This document shows positions 1-12,820 of a DNA stretch of 64,000 nucleotides, one piece after another (the first letter of the stretch is position 1; every line of letters starts with the position of its first letter). The notes beneath the pieces were generated by a model that had not been told where the DNA came from, searched no databases, and worked only from the letters and a program-made list of their open reading frames with translations. The stretch comes from Styela clava (Eukaryota), in the NCBI RefSeq assembly GCF_964204865.1, contig NC_135258.1, forward strand, positions 7,564,001 through 7,628,000. The letters run 5' to 3'. A program made the translations under genes and the position numbers.

Positions 1-1648
1 TGATAGCCGCAACATTTCCGGGATCGCAACAGACACCTTCAGATGAAATAAGATAACCAAGATAAGAGGTGCTTCGACGGAAAAGTTTACATTTTGAGGG
101 CTTCAAGCGTAAACCGGCACGGCGAAGTCTTATAAAAACTTCCCGGAGATTTGAGAGTGCCATTGAGAAATCACTACCATGAGCCAAAACATCATCAAGA
201 AAATTGAAACACCCGTTCCACAGGAGATCACCAAGGATATTGTCCATCATCCGTTCGAATGTTGCGGGAGCATTCGCCAAACCGAAAGGCATCACTACAA
301 AGTGAAAATGACCACGGCCTGGGATGCTGAATGCTGTCTTTTCACGGTCTGCAGGATCAACCTCCACTTGCCAATATCCGCTTGCAAGATCAAGAGTTGA
401 GAACCATTGGGCTCCGTTTAAGGACTCAATGATATCCTCAATACGCGGCAAGGGATATGCGTCCTTGTATGTGACGTCATTAAGCAATCTAAAATCCACG
501 CAAAATCTGGTAGAACCATCCTTTTTGGGAACTAGGACAATGGGAGAAGAATATGGGGAATCGCTGGGTTCTATGACACCCTGAGCCAGCATATTATCAA
601 CAACTTCTTCGGCTATCTTCCTACGCGCCCACCCCATTCGACGAGGAGCCTGCCGAATCGGCTGTGGTGTGGTTGTGATGATCCTATGCTTTGCTACTGA
701 AGTACGGCCAAGTTCACCATTTGGCCCTACAAATACATCATGGAATTCGGAAATCAAATTGACCAACTGTTCACGTTGATTCGGGGTTAGATCCTCAGAG
801 GAATTGACCATGTCATGTAGATGTTCTGGTAATTCAGAAGCTATAACTCCTTCGGATTCGTCAACTTGAATCTGTGCTACAAGTTGAGGATGTGCAATAC
901 CAATCAAAGATCCAGCCCTGATCTTAAGTTGTCTGCCTTTTTGGTTCACTGCTAGTACGGGAACAATGGACTTTCCTGGGTCCACCACAGAAGAGATCAG
1001 CTGAACGCCATCAGCGAGGAAAGAAGAATTCAACGGTTCGACAAGAGCTGCAACATCAGACACAATGCTTTTCGGCCATGGGCGACTAAGTCGTGCAGGG
1101 ATAACAACCTTAGAATATGGCGGTATAGTAATATCTTCTCGAACAGTTACACGGCAACATGGTACAGACTTTTCAGTAAAGAGTTTGATTTCATGACCCC
1201 CTATCATCATGTGTCCCGATGATAAGTAAAGAACACAGTCATGTTCTCGGAGATAATCCATGCCTAAAATACCACTAGTCATGCCTAAGTTGGCAACAAT
1301 CACAGTGCGTCGTGATACAAACGAATCAATCGATAAATCAACCTCCAATGCACCCAGTGGTGATAAATCATGCCCTCCCACTGCAACAAGAGATTCTTCG
1401 AGCGGTGCCAATTGTGCTTCCTTCCCACCTATAGCCTCAAAGATGGAAATGTCAATAAGAGTAGTCATAGCACCACTATCTACAAGAAAGTTGAACGGTT
1501 GATTGTTTACAAGTACCTTCGCATGCCAACTATTGTCATATTGAATGGAACAATTATTCAGGTCTATATTCTGGTTTGTTGGTCCGTCATCAAGTAATAA
1601 TTCAGCGGACACTGAGGACCTCAAGTCCGCTGAGTGTCGTTTAAATTT
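1..1648 (-). CDS. pol: Ty3/Gypsy pol (protease + reverse transcriptase), partial, runs off the left edge; in the -1 frame relative to gag
   Basis: Manual translation of the -1 frame gives the aspartic protease motif FLVDSGAMTTLI (~1455-1490) and the RT motif NFLDDVL (FLDD at 191-202) in the same frame. It is absent from the ORF track, consistent with no stop before the window edge; I did not read every codon in between. Confidence 0.9.
1602..1648 (-). promoter_or_regulatory. -1 programmed ribosomal frameshift signal (slippery site + stem-loop)
   Basis: Minus strand reads GCA AAT TTA AAC, i.e. overlapping A_AAU_UUA and U_UUA_AAC in the gag frame (1639-1648). After a 5-nt spacer comes a 9-bp perfect stem TCAGCGGAC/GTCCGCTGA (1602-1633). 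Confidence 0.85.
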
Positions 1649-3174
1649 GCGGTCGAAGAAGAAGCAGATGTTGCAGGATCAACAGGATTCTGGAGATGTG
1701 GACAATCCCGTTTCAGATGACCAGTCTGCTTGCAATTAAAACATGCCTTGCAATCCCTACCCCAATGACCATGTTTACCACATCGAGGACACGGGTTGCG
1801 TGGTGTACCAGCAAAGTTGCGATTGTTGTTAGAGCGTGGCGCCACATGTCCTAGTATCTCATCCAGTTTTGCTAAAATGCGCTCGCCAATACTGCCTTCG
1901 AAAGATAAGTCGTTTTGCTGGTTAGCTGCATTACCAGGATTACTCTGTTTCACTGCCGCAATACGCGGTTTGGAAACGTCTTTCCTCTCAGAGTGGTTCG
2001 TATCCACAGAGTAATAAAGTGTTGCAAGAGACAAAGCACTTTCAAAATTATCAGGCTGTTGCATGGTAACATGTTTGATCATGCTTTCATCGGTTAAACC
2101 GGCGAGAAACTGCGATTTCAAAATATCATCCTGACCAGCAATATCAAGATTTGGGTAAGCCAGAATAACAAGCTCTTTCAACTTGTTACCATAATCCCGT
2201 GGCGCTTCATTTGGCTTAATCCTACGACAGTGAAATGTAGTACGGTATGAACTCTCATTTCCAGCAGGTTTAAAGAAATGATTAAAATGAGCCACAATAT
2301 CACGATAGCTAGTACGTTTCATTTCGGGTAAATCTTTCAACACATTAAGAGCCTGCCCTGTCATGCAAGTAGCCAATTCTAACCCTGCAGTGTCATCATT
2401 CCACTGATTATAACTAGAAACCAATTGAAAATGACATAAATAACTAGGCCACGCCATGACAGTTGACCCATCGAAATACATAGGCCTTTTGGCATTTCTC
2501 ACCATCATCGTAGCATTGGCCGTGTTATTGAGAACACTATTGCTAACGTTGGCATTTGCGACACTGCTAGAACTCACTGGAGGAGCTGATTGTGTAGCCA
2601 CTGAAACCATTTTCGGATTAGCCCTGGGTTGTTTTTTGACAGTATTAGAGCCCTCTTTACCATTAGTACTCAGAAAAGGGACCACAGGTACAAAATTACT
2701 CACGTGAGCTTCCTCCGAAAATTTTACTTCCATTGTCTGCGAGAATGCGTTCCGCTTTCCTTCTGGCTGTCCATCTTCAGACCCAAAATCTGAAATTTCA
2801 TCATCCTTGAGAATAGGTAGTAATTTAGGAACAACCGCTGCTGGTGTTGAAGTGATCAGACTGACATCCGGTTCATGTGACATGGGCTGGGTTTCCTCGG
2901 GATCAGCAACTTTTCCTCTTTCTATCTTGCCAGAAATATCTTGCAGCATGCTGAAAATTTGCGAGCCCATTTTTGAATTCTGAAGTTCAACCGATTCCAA
3001 CTGAGTTCCAATCTGTTCTATACGACTGTCCATCAGCTGCAAACGGCTGTCCATATCCTCTTGCATTTCCTCTGAATCTTTAAGTTTCGCTTTTAATACC
3101 TGTATTTGCAGATGCAAAAGTTCATTCTCCTTTGCTTCCTTTGGTGCCGGTACAATCTTTCTTCTCTTAACCAT
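1621..3174 (-). CDS. gag: Ty3/Gypsy gag with two CCHC zinc knuckles
   Basis: 517-aa ORF with N-terminal coiled coil, capsid-like region (YFDGS...W..YL.HF, QFLAGL) and knuckles CPRCGKHGHWGRDC and CFNCKQTGHLKRDC; lies directly upstream of pol. Confidence 0.92.
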   Translation of the reverse strand: MVKRRKIVPAPKEAKENELLHLQIQVLKAKLKDSEEMQEDMDSRLQLMDSRIEQIGTQLESVELQNSKMGSQIFSMLQDISGKIERGKVADPEETQPMSHEPDVSLITSTPAAVVPKLLPILKDDEISDFGSEDGQPEGKRNAFSQTMEVKFSEEAHVSNFVPVVPFLSTNGKEGSNTVKKQPRANPKMVSVATQSAPPVSSSSVANANVSNSVLNNTANATMMVRNAKRPMYFDGSTVMAWPSYLCHFQLVSSYNQWNDDTAGLELATCMTGQALNVLKDLPEMKRTSYRDIVAHFNHFFKPAGNESSYRTTFHCRRIKPNEAPRDYGNKLKELVILAYPNLDIAGQDDILKSQFLAGLTDESMIKHVTMQQPDNFESALSLATLYYSVDTNHSERKDVSKPRIAAVKQSNPGNAANQQNDLSFEGSIGERILAKLDEILGHVAPRSNNNRNFAGTPRNPCPRCGKHGHWGRDCKACFNCKQTGHLKRDCPHLQNPVDPATSASSSTANLNDTQRT

Positions 3175-3311
3175 TTTTCCAAAATATCAGGCAAGCGCAG
3201 TAGTAAAAAAAATATCGGCAATTATCTGTCCAATATTATCCAAATATTATCCGTCACAGACTAGCCTACCTAATCGGCTTAGTCTTAATAGTCCCTGTTT
3301 CGAATAATATA

Positions 3312-4200
3312 TCCTGGCGTGTGCTCGCCAAAAATTCGTATATGTGGCGTACCAAAATTGATATCACCACTCAGGTTCTTTCTGCCAGCTTCTTGGACGT
3401 TGTAATTGCTACCGGTATAGATGTTGATCACCAAATAATCTTCTCGAGGTTCCGAATACAGCAGAGTAACTAAGTTAACTATACACCTGTAAGAACTTAA
3501 TACAACCAAATACTCCAATAAGAAATACAATAAACAAATAAAAACACAGTACAAATACCGTAGGATACATACGTAACACAAGATACGGAATTGGTCTATG
3601 ACGTCACAGTCATGAACTATTTACTTATAATGAGATACTAAAAACCGGGTAAAACATACCTAGAAATACATAAGAATAACTAGTATGACACTAAAGATAC
3701 AACACAAATCCTATCTTATCGACAAACACGTAATATACATGGAAATACGCATAGAAATCACACAGGAAATAAACTGCGAAAATAGACTAGTTACGGAAGT
3801 GTTAAATACAAGCTAACTAGTGAACAGAGCTATGCCAAACTAGAGAAACAGTAAACCTGTACTACTAATATCATTTTACAACAAGAATTACATAGATTTA
3901 CGGCATTAAAACACTATAATAATAACCTAATACACAGAGGAATATCTACACTGCCGGCAGTCTGACAAACCAGCTACAAGAGAAAGTTACACAGTTGTTC
4001 ACTAGTGACTCAAGTGGTAAGGATAAATATGGGCGAACAGAACAAAACAGAGTTATAGACGTGGTCGTCTCAGTATCATTTAGGTATTAGACCATTTTGG
4101 TTTTAGTTGTCATAATGGCTGAGACCTCTGCTCGCGCTTCCACGTGGAGTGAAAGACCACCAATAGTTCAGGAACAGCATTACGGGCTAGTGTCCAGTAA
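3312..4200 (-). mobile_element. Putative primer-binding site and 5' LTR region of the left Gypsy element (outer boundary approximate)
   Basis: TGGCGAGCACACGCCAGGA (3312-3330, minus) resembles the complement of the tRNA-Arg(ACG) 3' end. It is preceded by ~0.9 kb of non-coding DNA up to hAT-like sequence at ~4200. The partner LTR is outside the window. Confidence 0.5.
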
Positions 4201-4785
4201 CTAGTGGGCGATTTTTGCTAGAAATAAAGCGGTGAGCAATATTGTGCCCAAATTTTGCAGTTTCATCAGTTTGAATATCAAATATCTCTTTTCGTTCACC
4301 AGTTCCTACAGGTAGGATCGACGGAGAACGTATTACCCATGTATATGGGCAATATATAATATCCGTTAAATAATGCATCAATTCCGTTTTCAGCAATCTT
4401 AGATGATCTGGAATTTCCTGATATAATTTTTCACTGTGCTACTTCGGAATAGTGATAAGGAATTCGAACATTTCTTAACGTTTGTTCTCCACATTTTTCA
4501 CCCAAATGTCCAGTATCCAAGCGAACGCTTCAAGCTCCGAGGCAAAGTCTTCGATAGATCTGTTTTGCAATTGGATTGACATGTTTGGCCATTGAAACGA
4601 AAGATTCATATGATTAAGAGCCAAAAAAATATCCGAGTGAATAAACTGTAAGATAACCTCTTTGCTGTCCGAATCGTTTTTGAAATTCGTGTATCTTATC
4701 TTTGAAAATTGTGAATAGTTCTTGTCGAAGTTTGAAGACTCTTCTTGTCGTATTCCCGCGGGAGAGCCAGTGCACCTCTGTAGGT

Positions 4786-5033
4786 TTATTGGACACGTAG
4801 TGGACATAACGATCGTTTCAATATTATGTTGTTGTTGTTCTTGTTCTTTGACACGTTTTTAAAAAGTCGCTTTTTTCTTCGAATACTGGACCAATTGCTT
4901 TGAAATTTTTAGTGGTTGAAGATAAAATTTTTCTTCAGAAGGCTATTACTTTTTTTTCTCGCTATGACGTCATCAAAATTATTGCCATTGGGTGGCGCTA
5001 CGTGTCCATATATTTGAGCATAGCTCTCTTGTT
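4786..5033 (-). mobile_element. Short non-autonomous element (HINE/Helentron-like), copy 1
   Basis: Begins AACAAGAGAGCTATGCTC; asymmetric inverted repeat TGGACACGTAG/CTACGTGTCCA; internal (AAC)n; absent from the equivalent site of repeat copy 2 (~7472). Confidence 0.6.
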
Positions 5034-5196
5034 TAATAAGACACTTGTGATCAGAATTCAAATCTTCACAAATTCTTGCGTGTTGACGTAATTTACCATT
5101 TTTATCCTTCGATTCAAGCATGACAATAAATCCAAAGGGAGTACCTTCAAGATAAAAATGTAATTTGCTGTTGGATTTGTATCGCGTAGTATCTGC

Positions 5197-5427
5197 ATGA
5201 CCAAAGCCCATCCACCGGAATTAAAGTTTATGGATAAAAGATTGGATTTAAAGTTAAATGGTGGAGGATCTGTTAGGGGTGTTTTGCGAGCTTTCGATCC
5301 TTTTGTGGGTCTAGTTGTGGATGATGAAATAGAGCGCAGAAAAGACGGGACCACTGCACCTGTTGGAATGGTGGTCGTTAGTGGAAATTCGATATCAATG
5401 TTGGAAGCATTGAAACAGATACAATGA
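5197..5427 (+). pseudogene. SNRPG: Intronless small nuclear ribonucleoprotein G (SmG) copy inside the hAT element; ORF open but key residues altered
   Basis: [36 protein letters not shown]....[16 protein letters not shown] matches SmG ([24 protein letters not shown]...GMVVIRGNSIIMLEAL). Confidence 0.88.
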
Positions 5428-6236
5428 TTTTGAATTGAACTAATCGAAAACGACAAAAGAACCCGATACCCCAATCCATGAATTGTGTATGGACTGTTAT
5501 AGAACATTCAATCTATTTAACGAGCTTGTTTTTTAGTAACAATTTTGTGGTTGTGTTATTTTTGCAATGAAATTGAACTACAGCACCACCATTTTACGTC
5601 AACGAGTGTTTTTTTATTCCATATTTTTGTAGGAAAGCACTCTTATTATACATATACACGTCTCACATTTTGAAATCGATTTAAAAGGTATTGCCCGATT
5701 GCTTGTACTTTATTATTATTAAGTTATGCCCGTCCTCCAGGTACTTTGTTGTTGCTTTGTTTCCTTCAGAGTGACCGAAATAAAACTGATTGATTGATAA
5801 TTGAAAACATTTGGTGATATCAGTCGATTCATCAAATTGTATGACAAAACCATCTTTTAATCCTCTCACTTCAACAATCACTTCTTCAGTGTCAACAGAC
5901 ATTTCTTGGCCATGTTGTTTCACATTATCGTCAGAAAGCGATACACGATCCAACTTCGGCAGCAAGAAGGTTAAAACTGGCCTGTCTGTTACATGCGCTG
6001 GCGCTTCACATGTTACCCAAGTCGCTCAAAATAACTTCATCGTGTTTTTTCTTATCTGGGTGATTGGACTCAAGATGTCGCCTGAGGTAACTTCTGAACA
6101 CAAGCTACAGTCATATAAAATCAACGTCAATTTCTACGTTTTTTGTTAATTCAGCACGCATTTCTTGTGAACAGTCCAAGACTTATGTGATGACTTCATC
6201 GAACCACGTTTTTCTACTTTATATATTCAAATGCCT

Positions 6237-6863
6237 CAGGCTTACCATACGTCCCTCTTCAGGCGGGACAGTCCCGCTTGTTAGCGTCTTGTCCCGCCGT
6301 CCCGACAAGACATCCAAGAGTCCCGCTTTGGCGTTCAGCCATCCAGCATAATACACGAACATTACCAATTAACATGTTCTCGTTATTGTTGTTGCTATGT
6401 AGCGCAGCACTACTTGCTGAAGGCGAATGCGTTATTTTGTTTGTTTTGTTGTTTCCCGCTAACATTTTTAGCGAACGTATCACATGTAACATTGAACAAC
6501 GTTTTTTTGAAGAAGGTGTTATCTACGGAAAAGCATGATTGGCGAAGTAAATTCTCAATGCGTGAAAACGCAAGGCTATTTTTCTATTCTTTCTTTCTTT
6601 TGCTGCACATTAAAAATCGAAATTCGAATTATTTGTATCATTAACGTCAATTTCTTTCTATTTTTCGAACTGAACCCGATATTTGGACAGAGAATATGCG
6701 CATGAACTCTCGATGACAATATGGCTAATGAAAACAGCCGGGATAATTTAAAAAGTAACCCTATGTAGTAAAATCGGAAAATGTAAAGTTACAAAATCAC
6801 AGTAAAGGGTTCGTTGTCTTTGGAGGCGTCCCGCTTTGAAGTCACAAAAATATGGTCACCCTA
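6237..6863. mobile_element. hAT Blackjack/Tip100-like non-autonomous element (also 13592-14218; truncated 12609-12700)
   Basis: Imperfect TIRs (C/T)AGGCTTACCATA ... TATGGTCACCCTA with subterminal GTCCCG repeats; no TSD recognised. Confidence 0.55.
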
Positions 6864-7626
6864 CCTTTACCCCAAATACACTGCTATAAACGCCTTCCAG
6901 CGAATACATATATAGTAATATGGAAGATGAAGAGAAAGCGTTGTCGGCATATTTTAGCCAATTCAATTATCTCTTTTCGTTCACCAGTTCCTACAGGTAG
7001 GATCGACGGAGAACGTATTACCCATATATATGGGCAATATATAATATCCGTTAAATAATGCATCAATTCCGTTTTCAGCAATCTTAGAAGATCTGGAATT
7101 TCTTGATATGATTTTTCACTGTGCTACTTCGGAATAGTGATAAGGAATTCGAACATTTCTTAACGTTTGTTCTCCACATTTTTCACCCAAATGTCCAGTA
7201 TCCAAGCGAACGCTTCAAGCTCCGAGACGAAGTCTTCGATAGATCTGTTTTGCAATTGGATTGACATGTTTGGCCATTGAAACGAAAGATTCATATGATT
7301 AAGAGCCAAAAAAATATCCGAGTGAATAAACTGTAAGATAACCTCTTTGCTCTCCAAATCGTTTTTGAAATTCGTGTATCTTATCTTTGAAAACTGTGAA
7401 TAGTTCTTGTCGAAGTTCGAAGACTCTTCTTGTCGTATTCCCGCGGGAGAACTAGTGCACCTCTGTAGGTTTATTTAATAAGACACTTGTGATCAGAATT
7501 CAAATCTTCACAAATTCTTGCGTGTTGACGTAATTTACCATTTTTATTCTTCGATTCAAGCATGACAATAAATCCTTTAAGATAAACATGTAATTTGCTG
7601 TTGGATTTGTATCGCGTAGTATCTGC

Positions 7627-10600
7627 ATGACCAAAGCCCATCTACCGGAATTAAAGTTTATGGATAAAAGATTGGATTTAAAGTTAAATGGTGGAGGATC
7701 TGTTAGGGGTGTTTTGCGAGCTTTCGACTTGTAACAGCGTACCGAATCACTAATGTCACATGAGGTTCTACAAGAATGATGCAATGGTAAACACTTAACG
7801 CCAGCTAGTGGAAACATAAAATACATGAAAAGTCAATACACAACATCTTCCCCCCTTCCTGAAAAGAAAAATTTTATTTTTTCAACTTAACTCACAGTCT
7901 TGTAGATACGATGGAAGTCTTCGGTTTCTAGAAGGATTTCGTCGTGCATTTCTTGGACTTTGTCTCAAATTAGGAATATCATCATTATTAAATCCAAAAG
8001 TCTCCACATGAAAATCATTTCCGTTTTGAAAACTATGTTGATAGGAACGTACAAGTCTTCTTGCATTCCACATTGAACCACCTTCTAATTTATAAGTTGC
8101 AGGTCCAACTTTCCGTGTAATTTTGTGAGGATTCGACAAACTTGATTTGAACTTGTGACCTCGAATTGGTCTTTTTATTCGAACCCAATCTCCGACTTCA
8201 AATATAGGTACTTTTGCATGTCTTTTATTATCAGTGTACAATTTTGACTTTTGTTGACTAATTGCAATTTCTTTTTGCATTTTCGGAATGTCAATATTTG
8301 TTTCGGTATTCGAAGGTTTGAGACATTCTAATGACAATCTCATTTTCCTTCCAGTCATCAATTCTGCTGGAGATTTTCCTGTTAAAGCATGAGGAGTAGC
8401 TCTGTAGTTTTGTAGAATTATTTGAATAGCTTTACCAACTGTCTTCCCTTCTCTCAAATGAGTTTTTAGTCCTTTGGAACTCTGTTAAATCTCTCTGTGA
8501 TAGAGTTTGAAGTAGGATTGTACAAAGCACATAATTTCTGTTTTATCCCATGTTTTGCAAGAAAATGTTTAAACTCATAGGATACAAAAACAGAACCATT
8601 ATCAGATGTTATAGATTCAGGAATTCCCCATCTTGCAAATAATCCTTCTAATATGTTTATTAGATATGTAGATGTTACATTAGATGTCAAAGCAACTTCA
8701 GGCCATTTTGAATGTAGATCATTTATAACAACAGCAAATCTATCTTTCACAGGTGCAATTTGCATTTCTCCAAATACATCAATTGAAATATCTTTCCAAG
8801 GCTCACTAGGCCATGGTATTGATTGAAGTGGTGGTTCGGCAGGTTTGATTGATTTCCCACTCATTGCACAAGGTTGACAATTGTGAACAAAATCTTTGAT
8901 TTGTGCATTTAATCTTGGCCACCATACATTCTCTCTGCACCTTTGCTTCATTCTGACCATACCAGGATGTCTACTGTGTGCCATTTCTAGGACTCGTTTT
9001 CTCAGTACGAAGTATAAATATTCTTCCATACAGATAAATATGCCAGTGTTCACATGCATAAATTGATGCAAGTGCTTCTCTTTCACAAGTTGAGTATTTC
9101 CTCTCTGTGTTACTCAAAGTTTTTGATGCAAATGCAACAGGTTTTTCATTACCTTGTCTGTCAATTTGTGAAAATACAGCACCAACAGCATAACCAGAAG
9201 CATCTGTAGTTACAATAGTTTGAGCATTTGGTTTGAAATGAGCAAGTATAGGTGGTGATGCTATGCTTTCTTTTAGCTTATTGACATCATTTGACTGTAA
9301 GTCAGTCCATTCCCAAGGAATATCTCTTCTTAAAAGTTTCCTCAATGTTTCAGCAACATTTGCATAATTTTGAACAAATTTCAAATAAAAGTTAGTAGTT
9401 GCAAGAAAAGATTGTAACTCTTTCTTATTTTTAGGCATGGGGATATTCAAAATAGATTCAACATTTGACTCAAGTGGTAATACACCAGAACCAGAAATTT
9501 TGTAACCAATAAAATTAATACAATTTTTAGAAAATTGACACTTATCCACATTCAATGTTAAATTATACTCAGCAAGTTTTCTGAGAACTTTATCAAGCTT
9601 TTCATCGTGGTCTGCTTGATTTATACCATGCACAATAACATCATCAATATTATTGACTGTGTTCTCACAATCTTTCAAAATTATGGACAGAATTTTTTGA
9701 AAACGAGAGGGCGCTGAACATAAACCATACGGTATTCTTTTATACTGATATATAGAATCATGCGTTATAAGAGCAGTAAGATACCTTTTATCTTTAGCTA
9801 ATGGCACTTGTTCACAACTTCGACGCAAGTCAAGTTTCGAAAACACTGTAGAGCTATGAAATTTTGATGTGAGCTCTGTCATTGTAGGTAATGGATATTT
9901 ATCAGGTATTATTGCCATATTTACTTGTCTGAGATCCACACATAGACGAATCTCATTATTTTTCTTAGGGACAATGACAATATTAGAAATCCATGGTGAA
10001 GTTTAAATTTTTTCAATAACATCATTATCTTCAAGCCTTTTCAATTCTGCAGACACACTAGCACGAACTGAAAGTGGTAACCTTCTCAGTTTTTGAGATA
10101 TTGGCTTGACTGTATGATCAACCATGGGATCATGTTGGAATTTTGACACTTTACCTAAGCCAGTAAATACTTTAGCATACTCAGCACGAAAATCAATAGA
10201 ATTCACAGTAGCACCATTACATGTAACTTTAAAATTCAAACGATCAAACAAATCGACTCCCATAAGACTAACTCCCTTTTTAGTTACAAAAAATGAAAAT
10301 ACATCAATGGTCTCATTTCCATACTGAATATTAGGTAAATCAATAACCCCAATACTTTCAATAGATGACCCTCCATATCCACACAATTTCTGGGTTGTGG
10401 GCTTAAGCTTATACTTTGAAAACAATTTTCGATACATGGTTCCATTCATTATTGAGATTTTGGCACCCAAATCAATTAAAAGCTTGGTTTCTATACCATC
10501 AATCATTAAAGAACAATGTTTAAAAATACCATTAACAGAATCACTGTTATTTTCAACAGAAAATACATTTTGCACATCATCACTTTGTTTTTGTGATGGC

Positions 10601-11788
10601 AACACTTGTCTTGTAGTCTTTTGTTTCAAAGACCTACACATTTTCATGAAATGAATTCTTTTGCCACATGCATGACAAATACGATTTTTAGCAGGACAAT
10701 TACTACTATATGAAGCATGAGAATTTGATCCACAACAAGTACAATGTTGTTTAGCATATGATGAATTTGCTTTTTGATTTTTCCATTGATTGTGATATCT
10801 TTGCCTTTGAATTCCTTGCACAACAGGATTTTCTTCTTTTTTGAACTTTGGTTTTCCATTGAAATTGGTTTCTTTCTGAATACGATGTGATTCTTCATGA
10901 GCAGTTTCAATTTGACAAGCCAGTTTTACTGCTTGATCCAAAGTCAGTGTATCAGGTTCCATGAGCAACCTTTCTCCAATTCTTGGTGAGATGGTGTGTT
11001 CGATTATTTGACCACAGATCAATCATCTGACATATCTGCAAAATTACACTCTGACACTATTTCTCTGAGTGCAGCGACATATTCTATTATTGACTCACCA
11101 TCATGCTGTTTTCTATTCCAAAATAGATGTCTTTGCATTTTTACACTGTCTTTTTACCAAACGGCTTCTCTAGAGCAGCAACTGCTTGTTCATAAGTATC
11201 TGTGTCTGATAACGAATATTCTTTGGCCTTCAATGCCTAAACAATGCAGTAGAATTGCACGTTTTTTATCAGCAGATACATTTTCCTGATCAAGTCCAGT
11301 AGCTTTCATATATGTTTCAAAGCTATTGTACCAACGTTTCCAAGGTACTGGTGGTTCACCTGGACTTTGCAAGAAACATTGCGGTGGTGGTAAATGTAAT
11401 TCAGCCATTTATCACACTTTTCTTCTCTTCCGAAATATGACGTCACCAGTAGTCTACTACCGTAATTTGCCTGTTTTCACTATGTCGTATTTTCAACGAC
11501 CCTTTAAAAACCATCCCATCCTCATCGCCAATCTGTTGTGTCCCTGACACTGACTAATGAACTATACAAGAATCCAACTTGATAGAAACATCAGTTTAAT
11601 GAAAACAAACATTTACAACGCTTAGCAAGCAAACTTGTAACAGCGTACCGAATCACTAATGTCACATGAGGTTCTACAAGAATGATGCAATCGTAAACAC
11701 TTAACGCCAGCTAGTGGAAACTTAAAATACATGAAAAGTCAATACACAACAGATATCAATGTTGGAAGCATTGAAACAAATGCAATGA
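7627..11788 (+). pseudogene. SNRPG: Second SmG copy, split by an LTR retrotransposon (5' part 7627-7727, 3' part 11752-11788)
   Basis: 7627-7727 matches 5197-5297 and 11752 onward matches 5391 onward; 93 bp are missing at the junction. Confidence 0.88.
7727..11751 (-). mobile_element. Degenerate Ty3/Gypsy (Mag/K02A2.6-like) LTR retrotransposon
   Basis: 5' LTR 11534-11751 (218 bp, TGTTGTGT...ACACAACA). 3' LTR remnant 7727-7845 (2 differences in 119 bp). PBS 11513-11530 TGGCGATGAGGATGGGAT matches the tRNA-Ser(GCT) 3' end as I recall it (17/18). PPT AGGAAGGGGGGAAGA 7846-7860. Broken ORFs: gag/protease (LIDLGA), RT (NIDD), RNase H (TTDASGYAVGA), integrase (HPG, CQPC, SDNG, ERFNR). Confidence 0.95.
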
Positions 11789-12820
11789 TTTTAAATTGAA
11801 CTAATCGAAAACGACAAAAAAAACCGATACCCCAATCCATGATTTGTGTATGGACTGTTATGGAACATTCAATCTATTTAACGAGCTTGTTCTTTAGTAA
11901 CAATTTTTTGTCGCTGTGTTATTTTTGTAATGAAATTGAACTACAGCACCACCATTTTACGTCAACGAGTGTTTTTTATTCCATATTTTTGTAGGAAAGC
12001 ACTCTTATTATACACATACACGTCTCACATTTTGAAATTGATTCAAAAGGTAGGCTATTGCCCGATTGCTTGTATTTTTTATTATTATTATTAAGTTATG
12101 CCCGTCCTCCAGGTACTTTGTTGTTGTTTTGTTTTCTTCAGAGTGACCGAAATAAAATTGATTGATTGGTAATTGAAAACATTTGGTGACATAAGTCGAT
12201 TCATCAAATTGTATGACGAAACCATCCTTTAATCCTCTCACTTCAACAATCACTTCTTCAGTGTCAACAGACATTTCTTGGCCATGTTGTTTCACAGTAT
12301 CGTTAGAAAGCGATACACGATCCAACTTCGGCAGCAAGAAGGTTAAAACCGGCCTGTCTGTTACATGCGCTGGCGCTTCACATGTTACCCAAGTCGCTCA
12401 AAATAACTTCATCGTGTTTTTTCTTATCTGGGTGATTGGACTCAAGATGTCGCTTGAGGTAACTTCTGAACACAAGCTACAGTCATATAAAATCAACGTC
12501 AATTTCTACGTTTTTTGTTAATTCAGCACGCATTTCTTGTGAACAGCCCAAGACTTATGTGATGACTTCATCGAACCACGTTTTTCTACTTTATATATTC
12601 AAATGCCTTAGACTTACCATACGTCCCTCTTCAGGCGGGACAGTCCCGCTTGTTAGCGTCTTGTCCCGCCGTCCCGACAAGTCATCCAAACGTCCCGCTT
12701 GACTGTTTTTTATTCCATATTTTTGTAGGAAAGCACCCTTATTATAGGCTACACATACACGTCTCACATTTTGAAATTGATTCAAAAGGTAGGCTATTGC
12801 CCGATTGCTTGTACTTTTTA

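Noticed and set aside
179-2707. Short plus-strand ORFs over the Gypsy element (and similar antisense ORFs over A, C and DMTF1)
   Set aside because: Antisense shadows of the real CDSs, with no independent motifs.
6278-6538. Secreted peptide ORF (MFSLLLLLCSAALLA), repeated at 13633
   Set aside because: Lies within a MITE-like repeat; the hydrophobic run comes from (TTG)n, and the second copy is part of the segmental duplication.
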